This document shows, piece after piece, positions 8,507 through 17,196 of a DNA stretch of 64,000 nt (position 1 is its first letter; each line of letters opens with the position of its first letter). The stretch is from a virus: positions 96,001-160,000 of the IMG/VR virus record IMGVR_UViG_3300049489_001336. One strand, written 5' to 3'. The position numbers and the translations under genes are program-made. The notes beneath the pieces are model-generated. The model made no database searches. It worked only from the letters and a program-made list of their open reading frames with translations, and was not told the DNA's origin.

Positions 8507-9436
8507 TTACCCTTTGAGAGTCGTACATGCAATTTCCCAAACCTGGTCAGGGGTCAAGGAGGAGGACTTTCCTCCTTCGAGTCGAGGGCTACCTCCAATG
8601 GATGAGCCACCACCCCATCCGGGTTCCAGTGCCGCGAGAGCAGCCAGCAACGAGCCGGGCCTGCTAACGGGGCCAATGGCCAAGTTCACAAGGTCCGACC
8701 GCTTCGCCACGGTATATGTCCGGGTGCCATCAGCAGCATCCTGGAATAGGATGCCGCCGTCATAACCGTCCTCATACAAAGCGGAGAACCCAAAACCCTC
8801 GCATGTAGCGATGGCGAATTTGTGACCGTTGATAGTCACCGCGAGGCGGTAGTAGTCAAGCACTACAGGGGGTGTAGTACCGAGCGTCACGGTCCCCTCA
8901 ATCAGGGAGGTAATACCCTGAAAACATTGTTCAAGAAGTTCCGGCCATTGACCGAATACCTCACGAACCTTGCCACGGAGATCCGTGACAGGTTTGATGG
9001 CTGCCCTGAAAAACAGGGATGCCATCGAGTTCTCCTCCTTGGAAAGAAGAAGAGCGCCCGCGGGGCCATGCGCGTCAATCGCGCCCACTGCACGGACAAG
9101 GCTCCTCACACGGTCCTCGTTTGCCTTGTGGGCATTGTCCATGAGCCAAAGACTCATGACAGTATCTCCGTCTAGGTCATTGACGTACACAACACGGTCG
9201 TTAAGCCAGCCTGCGCCTCCAAGGCACAGAACGTTGCGCACCTGTTCGCAGGTGCTGAGGGTAACCAAACGAATGCAGTGGTCATGGTGGTCAAAGGACC
9301 AACGATCACCGGGGCCCTGTTGGGGACCTTGAACAAAGCCATCGAGCGAGACGCCTCGTTCCATAAGATCTGTGATACTGCCGTAATCGCCCGGAATGAG
9401 CTTAATGCTGTAGTTTTTACGTTGCATTGCAATCAT
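8507..9436 (-). CDS. DHH-like phosphoesterase / metal-binding protein, GC-richer than its neighbours
   Basis: FDHHD, NDLDGD and IDAHG motifs; C-terminal GWGGGSSIGGSPR. Confidence 0.55.
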   Translation of the reverse strand: MIAMQRKNYSIKLIPGDYGSITDLMERGVSLDGFVQGPQQGPGDRWSFDHHDHCIRLVTLSTCEQVRNVLCLGGAGWLNDRVVYVNDLDGDTVMSLWLMDNAHKANEDRVRSLVRAVGAIDAHGPAGALLLSKEENSMASLFFRAAIKPVTDLRGKVREVFGQWPELLEQCFQGITSLIEGTVTLGTTPPVVLDYYRLAVTINGHKFAIATCEGFGFSALYEDGYDGGILFQDAADGTRTYTVAKRSDLVNLAIGPVSRPGSLLAALAALEPGWGGGSSIGGSPRLEGGKSSSLTPDQVWEIACTTLKG

Positions 9437-9440
9437 GGCA

Positions 9441-9514
9441 TTTCTCCCTGTTAAAACCCTATACCAGAGAAGTAGAGAATTTTTTTTTTTTGAAGGCTAA
9501 AAAAGGCCGAAGCC
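9441..9514 (-). promoter_or_regulatory. long module with a T12 tract in the spacer
   Basis: Same module; homopolymer at 9480-9491 replaces the conserved ATTTATG. Confidence 0.75.
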
Positions 9515-9530
9515 AATTTAAGGATGCCCT

Positions 9531-9854
9531 TCAGTGTGCGAAAGCTCGCGGCGTAACATTCATTGGCCACTGCATTTCAATGGGACAATCCCCTTTCACG
9601 AGGGGAAGGACGATGCGCCAGTTGGCAGCTTCCACTGCCAGCGTCTCGTAGCGTTGATTGGTATTCTCAATGAGCCGGGTGCTGACTCGTTCTCCCGTAG
9701 GAGAGACCAACCAGGGCGTTTCCCCTGGTCGTATGTCTTCGATGACGTCGAGAACCACCTCAGCAATTAAGGTGTATGTGTCTTGTCCCCGTAAGGACAC
9801 GTCCACCTCAGGGGCATCAAGCACTACCAGCAAACCATAACTGTATACTTCCAT
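9531..9854 (-). CDS. cassette-borne hypothetical protein
   Basis: ORF between modules, RBS GGAGG. Confidence 0.65.
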   Translation of the reverse strand: MEVYSYGLLVVLDAPEVDVSLRGQDTYTLIAEVVLDVIEDIRPGETPWLVSPTGERVSTRLIENTNQRYETLAVEAANWRIVLPLVKGDCPIEMQWPMNVTPRAFAH

Positions 9855-9857
9855 AAA

Positions 9858-9919
9858 TCCTCCTAAAACCCTATACCAGGGAAAGCGTTGTATTTATGAA
9901 AGCTAAAAAGGCCGAAGCC
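9858..9919 (-). promoter_or_regulatory. long terminator-promoter module
   Basis: GGCTTCGGCCTTTTTAGCTTTCATAAAT...CCCTGGTATAGGGTTTTAGGAGG. Confidence 0.75.
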
Positions 9920-9930
9920 TCGACACACAG

Positions 9931-10170
9931 TCAAACGTACGTCGTCACAGACAAACAATGTATCGCACTATCTGGCAGCGTCCTGCGATATTCAATCGAG
10001 ATAAGCCGAGACGCCCTGAGCAAGGCACCGTCTGCTTCCTCTCTTTCCTGGTTAAGTTCAAAGTAGAACGACACTGCTTTTGTACATTCCAGTTTGCTGG
10101 GCGCTTTATCTGCAGGAACCGCGTAATATGAATTGATCATATTTTCGTCGAAAATGAAAATTGCGTACAT
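9931..10170 (-). CDS. cassette-borne protein, paralog of 8169-8411
   Basis: Shared motifs, see 8169-8411. Confidence 0.7.
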   Translation of the reverse strand: MYAIFIFDENMINSYYAVPADKAPSKLECTKAVSFYFELNQEREEADGALLRASRLISIEYRRTLPDSAIHCLSVTTYV

Positions 10171-10175
10171 GTGAA

Positions 10176-10233
10176 TCTCTCCTTGTTAAAACCCTATACC
10201 AGGGAAACAGGAGGATTTATGAAAGCTAAAAAG
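10176..10233 (-). promoter_or_regulatory. long promoter-RBS module
   Basis: TTTTTAGCTTTCATAAATCC...CCCTGGTATAGGGTTTTAACAAGGAGAG. Confidence 0.75.
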
Positions 10234-10895
10234 AACAGCAGAGCATATACGCGTCTGCTGTTTTGGCTGGTCATCGGACGCTCACAGCCATATCTAGCGT
10301 CCAAAAGATTTCATTATTGTAGAAATCACGACAAAGCTCTTCTTTTATTGATTGTGCCCTAGAGCTTAGAAAGTACGCACAACCTCAGCTAAGGTAACGC
10401 CCTTTAGCGGCGTATGGCGGGCATAAATTATGCGCGGGCGCTGCCAAAACGCTACAACCGCGCACAGACCAGAGAAGGAGAGGCCCTGATCAATTTATTA
10501 TACCAGGTAAACAAAGAGATTTATGTTATCAAATAAACACTTTAGGTGTTTCACCTCGTGCAAGCGCTTTCTTTAACTGCGCTTCTTGAGCTTTTTAATA
10601 CGCCGTTCTCTTCTGTTTTTAGGTTCTTCGATAATGCGAAGATACTTCGATGAATGATCACAAGCTACAACTCGTACTCTGCATTTCATGGTGCCTCCTG
10701 CGGTTATACTTAGTTCATCCCATATCGATAAAAATCTTAGGTGTTTCCCCTTTATCAAACGCGCGTTGAGCTTTGGCCTCCTGGGATTTACGCGCGCGTC
10801 GTTCACGCCGATTTTTAGGGTCTAGAACAATCCCTAAGTGGCCAGCAGGGTTAACTTCATCGCGAGAGTGTGTAACGTGCTTCGCACGTTGCTTT

Positions 10896-11129
10896 CTACT
10901 TTTCATGGCTCGGTTCCTCCGCAGGTTGTAATTGGCTTAGTTCATAACGAACTTGGAAGCTAAATACGTCTTTATCAAAGTCTACCTGACTTCCTGTGCT
11001 TAGACCAATCCACGTATAATACACTTGTTGATCTACCACGCGTTTAACCACAACCCGCGCATTACCTCCGTCACAAGGCTGCCAAATAGAGCCTGGTTTG
11101 ATTTCATGGGCTTTGAGGAATTTTTTCAT
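10896..11129 (-). CDS. small SH3-like beta protein, hypothetical
   Basis: IKPGSIWQPCDGGNARVVVKRV pattern. Confidence 0.5.
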   Translation of the reverse strand: MKKFLKAHEIKPGSIWQPCDGGNARVVVKRVVDQQVYYTWIGLSTGSQVDFDKDVFSFQVRYELSQLQPAEEPSHEK

Positions 11130-11179
11130 GAGGTTATGTCTTAGCTAAAAAAGCCTGAGGGTAAATCAGGCTTTTCGGT

Positions 11180-11614
11180 TTAGAAAAACTCTTTGCCACC
11201 TTGGTTGTATAGCTGCACCAACGCCACATTAAACGGCGCTTGGTATTTGCTCGCCACTTGGTGCGCCACCAAGATGGTAGACGGTAAGACTACCTCTGCG
11301 GCCAACGCAAAGATTTCTCCACGACCATTGTACATCGGCGTATCTACGCCCCGGTCGATGCGCTTCCAAACCTTGTAGACGCGCTTCATGTTAAAGCGCT
11401 TGCTTAGACGCGTATACGAGCTTTCCAGCGCGTAGAAACTACGCCAACGCTCGATGTGTCTTTTGAACTGTTTATACGTGCGAACTTGTAGGAGTTCTGC
11501 ACGGTAATATTTCCCTATGTTGACGTTGTCATCCGAATAGAGAAACGCGCTGGCGCCTACTTTGTTTAAAACCTCGACAACGGGTTTTACATCATAGAGA
11601 CGCACCATGCTCAA
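11180..11614 (-). CDS. conserved phage hypothetical protein
   Basis: 144-aa ORF coupled to the upstream gene; terminator at ~11140-11178. Confidence 0.6.
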   Translation of the reverse strand: MSMVRLYDVKPVVEVLNKVGASAFLYSDDNVNIGKYYRAELLQVRTYKQFKRHIERWRSFYALESSYTRLSKRFNMKRVYKVWKRIDRGVDTPMYNGRGEIFALAAEVVLPSTILVAHQVASKYQAPFNVALVQLYNQGGKEFF

Positions 11615-12018
11615 GTCTCAAGTGCTTCAATGCGCTTCCTGAGCTCTTCCTCGGTAAGCGCGCTGAGCTTTCCTGCCTGCTTTTCCGCAAGGACCTCAAG
11701 CAGTTTCTCTTTCTCAATTTTATTGTCTGCGCGCTTCTTGGCCGCTTCTTCTTCTTTCAGCCGCACATTGATGATGTGCTTGACGATGTTGAGCGCGGTT
11801 TCCAACTTGATGTGCAAGTGGTTACGCGCAGTTTCAACAAAGCTTTCTTCCGTGGCATCTTTCAAGGCTTTGTTTGCGGTTTTTGCCACGGCATTGAGAT
11901 TGAAATCATCTTTGGAACGAAGCGGCACATCCCAAAGCTGCTCGACACTGAGCTCGCCTTTGATAGATGAAAAGCGAAGCTTATAACGTGTCGCGTACTC
12001 GAACATTTCAGAACTCAT
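11611..12018 (-). CDS. conserved large-phage coiled-coil protein, usually paired with the ~700-aa gene
   Basis: MFEYATRYKLRFSSIKGELSVEQLWDVPL...ESFV pattern recalled from large phage genomes. Confidence 0.7.
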   Translation of the reverse strand: MSSEMFEYATRYKLRFSSIKGELSVEQLWDVPLRSKDDFNLNAVAKTANKALKDATEESFVETARNHLHIKLETALNIVKHIINVRLKEEEAAKKRADNKIEKEKLLEVLAEKQAGKLSALTEEELRKRIEALET

Positions 12019-12287
12019 GGTTTTTCTCCTCGATCAAACACGTGAAAAATGAGGTTCCCCTCTAATTGTTGAAACGTACCTACGTACTTTCCAGGATTTT
12101 CAGGGAGCGAATGCCCTGTGCCCGCAACGCGAAAGTAACGGTCTACTTTGGGAGCCTCCGGGTCTACAAGCGCCCAGATACAGGGAACCCTGTGTTGTAC
12201 TTGAACCGTGAGAATCTCCGCTCCCACGGGCATCGTAATAATTACGGAATCGTCGATCGAAAATGGGTACTTGTAAATCGTTTTCAT
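12015..12287 (-). CDS. conserved phage protein (DUF7352-like)
   Basis: KTIYKYP...MPVGAEILTVQVQ...IWALVD...GTGH...YVGT...FHVF. Confidence 0.65.
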   Translation of the reverse strand: MKTIYKYPFSIDDSVIITMPVGAEILTVQVQHRVPCIWALVDPEAPKVDRYFRVAGTGHSLPENPGKYVGTFQQLEGNLIFHVFDRGEKP

Positions 12288-14380
12288 GTTCCTACCAACA
12301 CGTTGAACAATCGTTGCTTTTTACCTTGTTGGGTTCGCACGATAAAGGAGTCCTTTTTGGTCGATGAAAACCCCAGGCCCGCGAGTTGATTGTCCGAGGG
12401 CTGGCATTTGGTTTTATCAGCGATAACTTCAAAAACTTTGCGATGCGGCTCTAGGCGCGAGTGCAGGAACTCGTTGTAAAAGCCGCGAATTTCTTCATCA
12501 CATTTAGCGCCCTCCAGCACAAAGAATGTGTGTTTGTTACCCACTGCGTTATCCCCCCAGTAATTGGGACTGAGCATCACAGCGTTGACTTTGACGTATT
12601 GTTCGGTCGTGAGTCCCCATTTCTCTTTCGAGAGATTGGACGACGTAATGGCAGGGTCTCCCACATCCACACGTTCAATACTGCCATTTTTGAGGTAGAG
12701 CGTAGCAACGGTCACGTCTTGACGTGTACGCACAATTTTGTTGTAGGAATAATGGGAAAGTTTACCGCCGCTTTCAGTCTCCACGACAAACCCAGGATTG
12801 CTGGTCTCACGCTGAGAGTAATTATTCACCACGATGCGATACGCGCCGTCGGGCGGGTTAGTCGCCCAAACAATGTTTTCCACAGGCTCTCGTGTGGTAC
12901 CACTGCCTGCGTTCATGTCGACGTCGAGCACACCCCCGGTCCAGCCGCGTTTGTTCCCGAAGTAAATATGTTGCAATGTGGTTTTGACTCCACGACCTGC
13001 AGGCTCATGGATGTGTAAATCCAGGTCGTCGAAGTTGAACCATGAAAGAGATACACGAAGGATGGCGCCGTCGACTTTGCCGCCTGCTTTCTTCACGCGC
13101 TCTTTGATGGAGTCCGCGACATTGCCTCCGTAAGACCATGCAAAGTCATTGGACCAACGAAAGAGTTGCTTGGGCTCGGGATGCGCCGGCGCCGTAATGG
13201 CCATGAGGTTACCCAAGTGCTCTCCTTTGACCAAAAGCTCAAGGCTTTGCGTCTCAGGCAGGACTTTGGACATGAAATCATCGATGCTGATAGACTCAGC
13301 ACGTTCTTCGTCTTTGGCTATGTCACGGGCGGCGTGGGCAGTGGCGTGGTGCATCAGCACGTCGCCAAGGCCGCCACGCATCAGCGGTTTCACGGAACCA
13401 TCGACCCACTTGACATCGTTCACAGAAACGTCGCCAATCACGGCAAAGCGGCGTTCCAGAGCCGCCTCAAGCCCAAGCTCTTCGATGGTTTCCATGGCCT
13501 TTTTGACCATGCCAGGCGTAATCAGCGCGGTCGTACGCTTGTAATTTTGGGGCGCGACTTTGGTTTCAAAACTCGCTACAGCTTGTTCTATATCTTTGCC
13601 TTCCGATAGGTCTTGGACGAGTGTTCCAATCACCGTGTTACGAAAACGCGCCGCAGGACTCTGCGCATTGGCCCAAGCAAAAATACTTTGGTCTTTCGGG
13701 CTACTCTTCAAGAACGTATTTTGTAGCTTTTGAAATTGCTGAAGAGCAGAGCGATGTTCTTGGCCTCGGTACAAACTACTGGCGTCCACCAACGAAAGCA
13801 CCGTGGACACTGCCTCAGGCGTTAATTCCCGAAGACCTCGTTCAAAGACCTGCACCGTCGTACGGTAATTACCACATACGGTGTCAGGCGACGCTACACG
13901 GAGCTTACGCGGAATTTCTTCGGTGTGAAGGTGTCCCCACGTCGTGACCTGTTGGGTTTCTTTGTCGAGAGACCTTGTTTGCACGGCGCCAAACCGTAGC
14001 TCATTGACCCCAACACGAAACAAATCACGAATGCCTACTGAGAGCACCGCGTTTTTCAAGGCTGTGGCGACGTCCGCGTAAAAGTCAGGTCCTTTCTTCG
14101 CGGCTTGGTCCCAGACCGTGTGAAGCTTACCTTTGTCAAAAGACACGACGTTGCCCGCACGACGAATAAACTGCCTGCACATGGAGCAGTCGTGCTCTGT
14201 CTTGGTCTTGAAAATGGGATTGGTGCCTTCAGGAAACGAGGCAAGATAAAGCGCATACAACGCGTCGCCCTCGATGTCGGCGACAAAGGCTTCTTCGGAA
14301 TTGACAATTTCACGGAAAGAAGCAGCGACCCACGTATGGAATTGTTTGCTTCTCTTTTCAGCGACGGCATATTGCGACAT
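12284..14380 (-). CDS. conserved 698-aa large-phage protein with N-terminal HDCSxC motif and C-terminal YfaP/DUF2135-like domain
   Basis: YLASFPEGTNP...EHDCSMCRQFI; LRVSLSWFNFDDLDLH...GGVLDVDMNAG...PVENIVW. Confidence 0.7.
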   Translation of the reverse strand: MSQYAVAEKRSKQFHTWVAASFREIVNSEEAFVADIEGDALYALYLASFPEGTNPIFKTKTEHDCSMCRQFIRRAGNVVSFDKGKLHTVWDQAAKKGPDFYADVATALKNAVLSVGIRDLFRVGVNELRFGAVQTRSLDKETQQVTTWGHLHTEEIPRKLRVASPDTVCGNYRTTVQVFERGLRELTPEAVSTVLSLVDASSLYRGQEHRSALQQFQKLQNTFLKSSPKDQSIFAWANAQSPAARFRNTVIGTLVQDLSEGKDIEQAVASFETKVAPQNYKRTTALITPGMVKKAMETIEELGLEAALERRFAVIGDVSVNDVKWVDGSVKPLMRGGLGDVLMHHATAHAARDIAKDEERAESISIDDFMSKVLPETQSLELLVKGEHLGNLMAITAPAHPEPKQLFRWSNDFAWSYGGNVADSIKERVKKAGGKVDGAILRVSLSWFNFDDLDLHIHEPAGRGVKTTLQHIYFGNKRGWTGGVLDVDMNAGSGTTREPVENIVWATNPPDGAYRIVVNNYSQRETSNPGFVVETESGGKLSHYSYNKIVRTRQDVTVATLYLKNGSIERVDVGDPAITSSNLSKEKWGLTTEQYVKVNAVMLSPNYWGDNAVGNKHTFFVLEGAKCDEEIRGFYNEFLHSRLEPHRKVFEVIADKTKCQPSDNQLAGLGFSSTKKDSFIVRTQQGKKQRLFNVLVGT

Positions 14381-14405
14381 ACGAATCTCCTAGAACGCTT
14401 ATCCT

Positions 14406-15044
14406 TCAGAGGTACTTACTGTTAAGCACGGACATTAAAATAATTTGCATGGGCGCTAATACCACTTGTCCAAAAGTGGTTTGGTCCGCGTACATCAATT
14501 GGAATTGAGCCGATACATTAAAGTCAGGGTTCCATGAAATTACTTCGGCCGTGTCGACTTGGTCACAAAGCGCAGGATCGCTAATCACCGAATAATTACG
14601 GCACGCCAATGGGCGATCTTCATAAATGCTGCACAGGTTGTTCTCTAGGAACAAACATTGCTGCTGCATCTCCCACCATTTGGTGCAAATTTTCTCTCGG
14701 TTTTCACCTGCGGTAAAATCCAAGCGGTTGCCATGCTCATCAATATGCGCTTGCTCCATCAACGTGCACTGCTCTTCGAGCAAGACGTATTTCTTTCGTA
14801 ATAGCTTTCCGTGTTTGTGCACCAAATAAAGAGCTTCTCCCAAGGACAAAGCTACGACTTGTTTGCAGCAAGCGCTACAGCCCTTGACACACGTCAAAGG
14901 TGGTTTTTCTGCGTCGTCTCGCTTTTTGTCATAGGTATTGTAGATGTTAGAGACCATCGCGCGCAGTTTGGCGTTGGCTTTTTCCTTGGCCTCTTTTTCG
15001 CGAACCCCTTGTGCCCGTCGTTGTTTACGGTTGAGTTGCAACAA
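14406..15044 (-). CDS. YkgJ-family (CxxCxxCC) cysteine-cluster protein
   Basis: CVKGCSACC...CLFLENNLCSIYEDRPLACR. Confidence 0.85.
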   Translation of the reverse strand: MLQLNRKQRRAQGVREKEAKEKANAKLRAMVSNIYNTYDKKRDDAEKPPLTCVKGCSACCKQVVALSLGEALYLVHKHGKLLRKKYVLLEEQCTLMEQAHIDEHGNRLDFTAGENREKICTKWWEMQQQCLFLENNLCSIYEDRPLACRNYSVISDPALCDQVDTAEVISWNPDFNVSAQFQLMYADQTTFGQVVLAPMQIILMSVLNSKYL

Positions 15045-15046
15045 AG

Positions 15047-15099
15047 TCTCTCCTTGTTAAATGAGGGCTATAGTCTTTTACCGTAGAGCAGCTAAAAAG
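15047..15099 (-). promoter_or_regulatory. short promoter module with RBS
   Basis: TTTTTAGCTGCTCTACGGTAAAAG...TTTAACAAGGAGAG. Confidence 0.7.
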
Positions 15100-15129
15100 A
15101 AGGATAAGCACTCTAAGTACGCGCCACGC

Positions 15130-15519
15130 TCAGAAATTCAAGTCGTACACGTTGTCATACTTTTCGCGCGGATACGTAGGGCTGAGGCGCTCCGCGATGG
15201 TCATCAAGATCTTTTCAAAGCTACGGTCATCGCAGCTCAATTTGCTGCACACCCATACGGTGTCATTGGTGTAGCGCTTGAAGGCAACGATCACCTGCGA
15301 GGCCTGGTAAATGCCATCGCCATCGTGGGCCACTGCGCCAAAGGCAAAGTAGTCCCGTCCGTGATGGTCTTTGCCGTAAATCAGCTTGTTGTTTTTCACG
15401 GCGGCGTACGGAATTTTGTCGATGTAATCGGTGGGACCGACCCATTCCTTGGGCGCGTCCATGTGAACCAAGATCTTGTTATGTTTGATGGCAAAGATGT
15501 TGAGAAGGTCGACGTTCAT
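15130..15519 (-). CDS. cassette-borne hypothetical protein
   Basis: ORF between modules. Confidence 0.65.
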   Translation of the reverse strand: MNVDLLNIFAIKHNKILVHMDAPKEWVGPTDYIDKIPYAAVKNNKLIYGKDHHGRDYFAFGAVAHDGDGIYQASQVIVAFKRYTNDTVWVCSKLSCDDRSFEKILMTIAERLSPTYPREKYDNVYDLNF

Positions 15520-15524
15520 GTGAA

Positions 15525-15594
15525 TTTCCCCTTGTTAAAACCCTATACCAGGGAAAGAGGGAGATTTATGAAGGCTAAAAAAGGGCTGTAGCCC
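15525..15594 (-). promoter_or_regulatory. long terminator-promoter-RBS module
   Basis: GGGCT-AC-AGCCC-TTTTTTAGCCTTCATAAATCTCCC...CCCTGGTATAGGGTTTTAACAAGGGGA. Confidence 0.75.
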
Positions 15595-15601
15595 AAACGA
15601 C

Positions 15602-15868
15602 TCAAGCGGAGGCCAAAGCCATATCAATGTGCCGATGCATCGCTCGCAAAAGTTCCATAGGCTGTTTGTGGTCCACGTTGAGAACTTCTTTATTCATGGC
15701 AAACAACGCCTCTTGGAACTTCTTGTCAAACAATGCTTTGTCCGAGGTAAGTGCCCGTTTGACCATGCGCTTCAGTCCTAGGTACTGCAGCGACAACAAG
15801 AGACAAGCAAACTCTTTAAGAGCTGGCGCGTTTTCTTTGACGGAATGAAGCGTTGCTTGAGTGATCAT
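15602..15868 (-). CDS. cassette-borne hypothetical protein
   Basis: ORF between modules. Confidence 0.65.
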   Translation of the reverse strand: MITQATLHSVKENAPALKEFACLLLSLQYLGLKRMVKRALTSDKALFDKKFQEALFAMNKEVLNVDHKQPMELLRAMHRHIDMALASA

Positions 15869-15872
15869 GGCA

Positions 15873-15930
15873 ATTCTCCCTGTTAAAACCCTATACCAGG
15901 GAAAGAGGGAGATTTATGAAGGCTAAAAAA
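15873..15930 (-). promoter_or_regulatory. long promoter-RBS module
   Basis: Same consensus as 8417-8484. Confidence 0.75.
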
Positions 15931-15958
15931 GACAAGAAAGCCACGGACCGTTCCGTGG

Positions 15959-16261
15959 TTAATGCAATTGCGCCTGCCGCAACGTGGTCACAGTTTCCAC
16001 CAAACGAAGCACGTTCGCAGCCAGATCGTCGACTTTCTTTTCGTTGTCTTCGAGAACCAGCATTAGTTGTTCCGGAGTCACGCCGACGAGGCCTTGACCC
16101 ATGCTCAGATTGATGACTTTGAGCTTAAACACGACTTGCAGGAGCTGCGTGCTGTAGCTTTTGACAGCGCCCAAATCTTTGTTTTGACAAGCACTGTCAA
16201 GGTGGGTCAACAGCACGTTGGCTTTGATGATTTCTGCGTCGAACAATTGAATGAGGCTCAT
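15959..16261 (-). CDS. cassette-borne helical protein (start MSLIQL)
   Basis: ATG follows the module RBS AAGGAGA. Confidence 0.65.
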   Translation of the reverse strand: MSLIQLFDAEIIKANVLLTHLDSACQNKDLGAVKSYSTQLLQVVFKLKVINLSMGQGLVGVTPEQLMLVLEDNEKKVDDLAANVLRLVETVTTLRQAQLH

Positions 16262-16265
16262 GGGG

Positions 16266-16334
16266 TTTCTCCTTGTTAAAACCCTATACCAGGGAAACAA
16301 AGAGAATTATGAAGAGCTAAAAAAGGCCGTGGCC
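16266..16334 (-). promoter_or_regulatory. long terminator-promoter-RBS module
   Basis: GGCC-AC-GGCC-TTTTTTAGC...CCCTGGTATAGGGTTTTAACAAGGAGA. Confidence 0.75.
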
Positions 16335-16377
16335 TCACAATATTCAAACGCTGGACCGTAACATGTCAAAGACATGT

Positions 16378-16659
16378 TCACGCGCGTTGGAATTGTTTCC
16401 GCGCAACGCTCGCAAATTCTCGTACCACACTCAAAGCGTTGCGCCTTATATGTGCCGCACGTTTATGGAACGCAATGACCAACATAGACGTGCAAAGCAT
16501 ACTTGCAAAGAACCACCCTGCGAAGATCTCGTAAGGCCTATTGAGTTCTAACGCAGCTTGGATCTGCGCATCCGTCATAGGTGACGGCGGGGCTTCCACG
16601 TTCACAAATAAGCTGGCGATACTGAGAACAACCGAGAAGGCTGAGGCGTGCTTTTTCAT
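16378..16659 (-). CDS. cassette-borne membrane protein (signal/TM segments)
   Basis: Hydrophobic N-terminus plus a second TM segment. Confidence 0.6.
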   Translation of the reverse strand: MKKHASAFSVVLSIASLFVNVEAPPSPMTDAQIQAALELNRPYEIFAGWFFASMLCTSMLVIAFHKRAAHIRRNALSVVREFASVARKQFQRA

Positions 16660-16664
16660 GGTAA

Positions 16665-16712
16665 TTTCTCCTTGTTAAAACCCTATACCAGAGAAACAGG
16701 GAGATTTATAAA
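16665..16712 (-). promoter_or_regulatory. long promoter-RBS module (outermost copy)
   Basis: ATAAATCTCCC...CTCTGGTATAGGGTTTTAACAAGGAGA. Confidence 0.7.
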
Positions 16713-16739
16713 GCGTTAACCAAAGGCTATAATCCAGCT

Positions 16740-17171
16740 ATGTCACATTATGAATTAGGTAAACAGACAGCTTTGGTTAAACTGGGGTTTGTTAAAGCGG
16801 CAGGGTTACAGCCGTCTACGCGAGTCATGCTTTCAGAGATCGCGCATGGAGCTGTTCCAGGTCTTGCGGCAGGGGCAGGTACGTACGCCGCTACAGACGA
16901 CCCGATGCTTGCTGCAGGAGCGGGACTGGGCGTGGGTTCGCTTGGGTATGGCACAAAGCTTATGCTCAATCATCCAAGGAAAAGGGATTTGGACTTTGTA
17001 AGTCGCATGCATAGGAACACACGGCAAGGCTTAGACGATATCAATGGCAAAATTAGAGCAGGCGCTGACCCTGCTATGTATGACGGCGTAAAAAAGATTA
17101 AGGAAACGCAGCTTAAACGGGACAAGGAAGAGATGGATAGACTACAAAGTAAATTACAAGGACTTCTTTAA
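16740..17171 (+). CDS. hypothetical protein with Gly/Ala TM-like segment; N-terminal YxxGxxxALxKLG motif
   Basis: TATAAT-N6-ATG directly upstream; motif shared with 17197-18051. Confidence 0.65.
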   Translation: MSHYELGKQTALVKLGFVKAAGLQPSTRVMLSEIAHGAVPGLAAGAGTYAATDDPMLAAGAGLGVGSLGYGTKLMLNHPRKRDLDFVSRMHRNTRQGLDDINGKIRAGADPAMYDGVKKIKETQLKRDKEEMDRLQSKLQGLL

Positions 17172-17196
17172 GAATAAAATGATGTAAACGTTGGGG

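Noticed and set aside
7833-16712. Integron attC sites or CRISPR repeats
   Set aside because: The repeats parse as terminator plus promoter plus RBS, lack GTTRRRY inverted cores, and flank whole genes.
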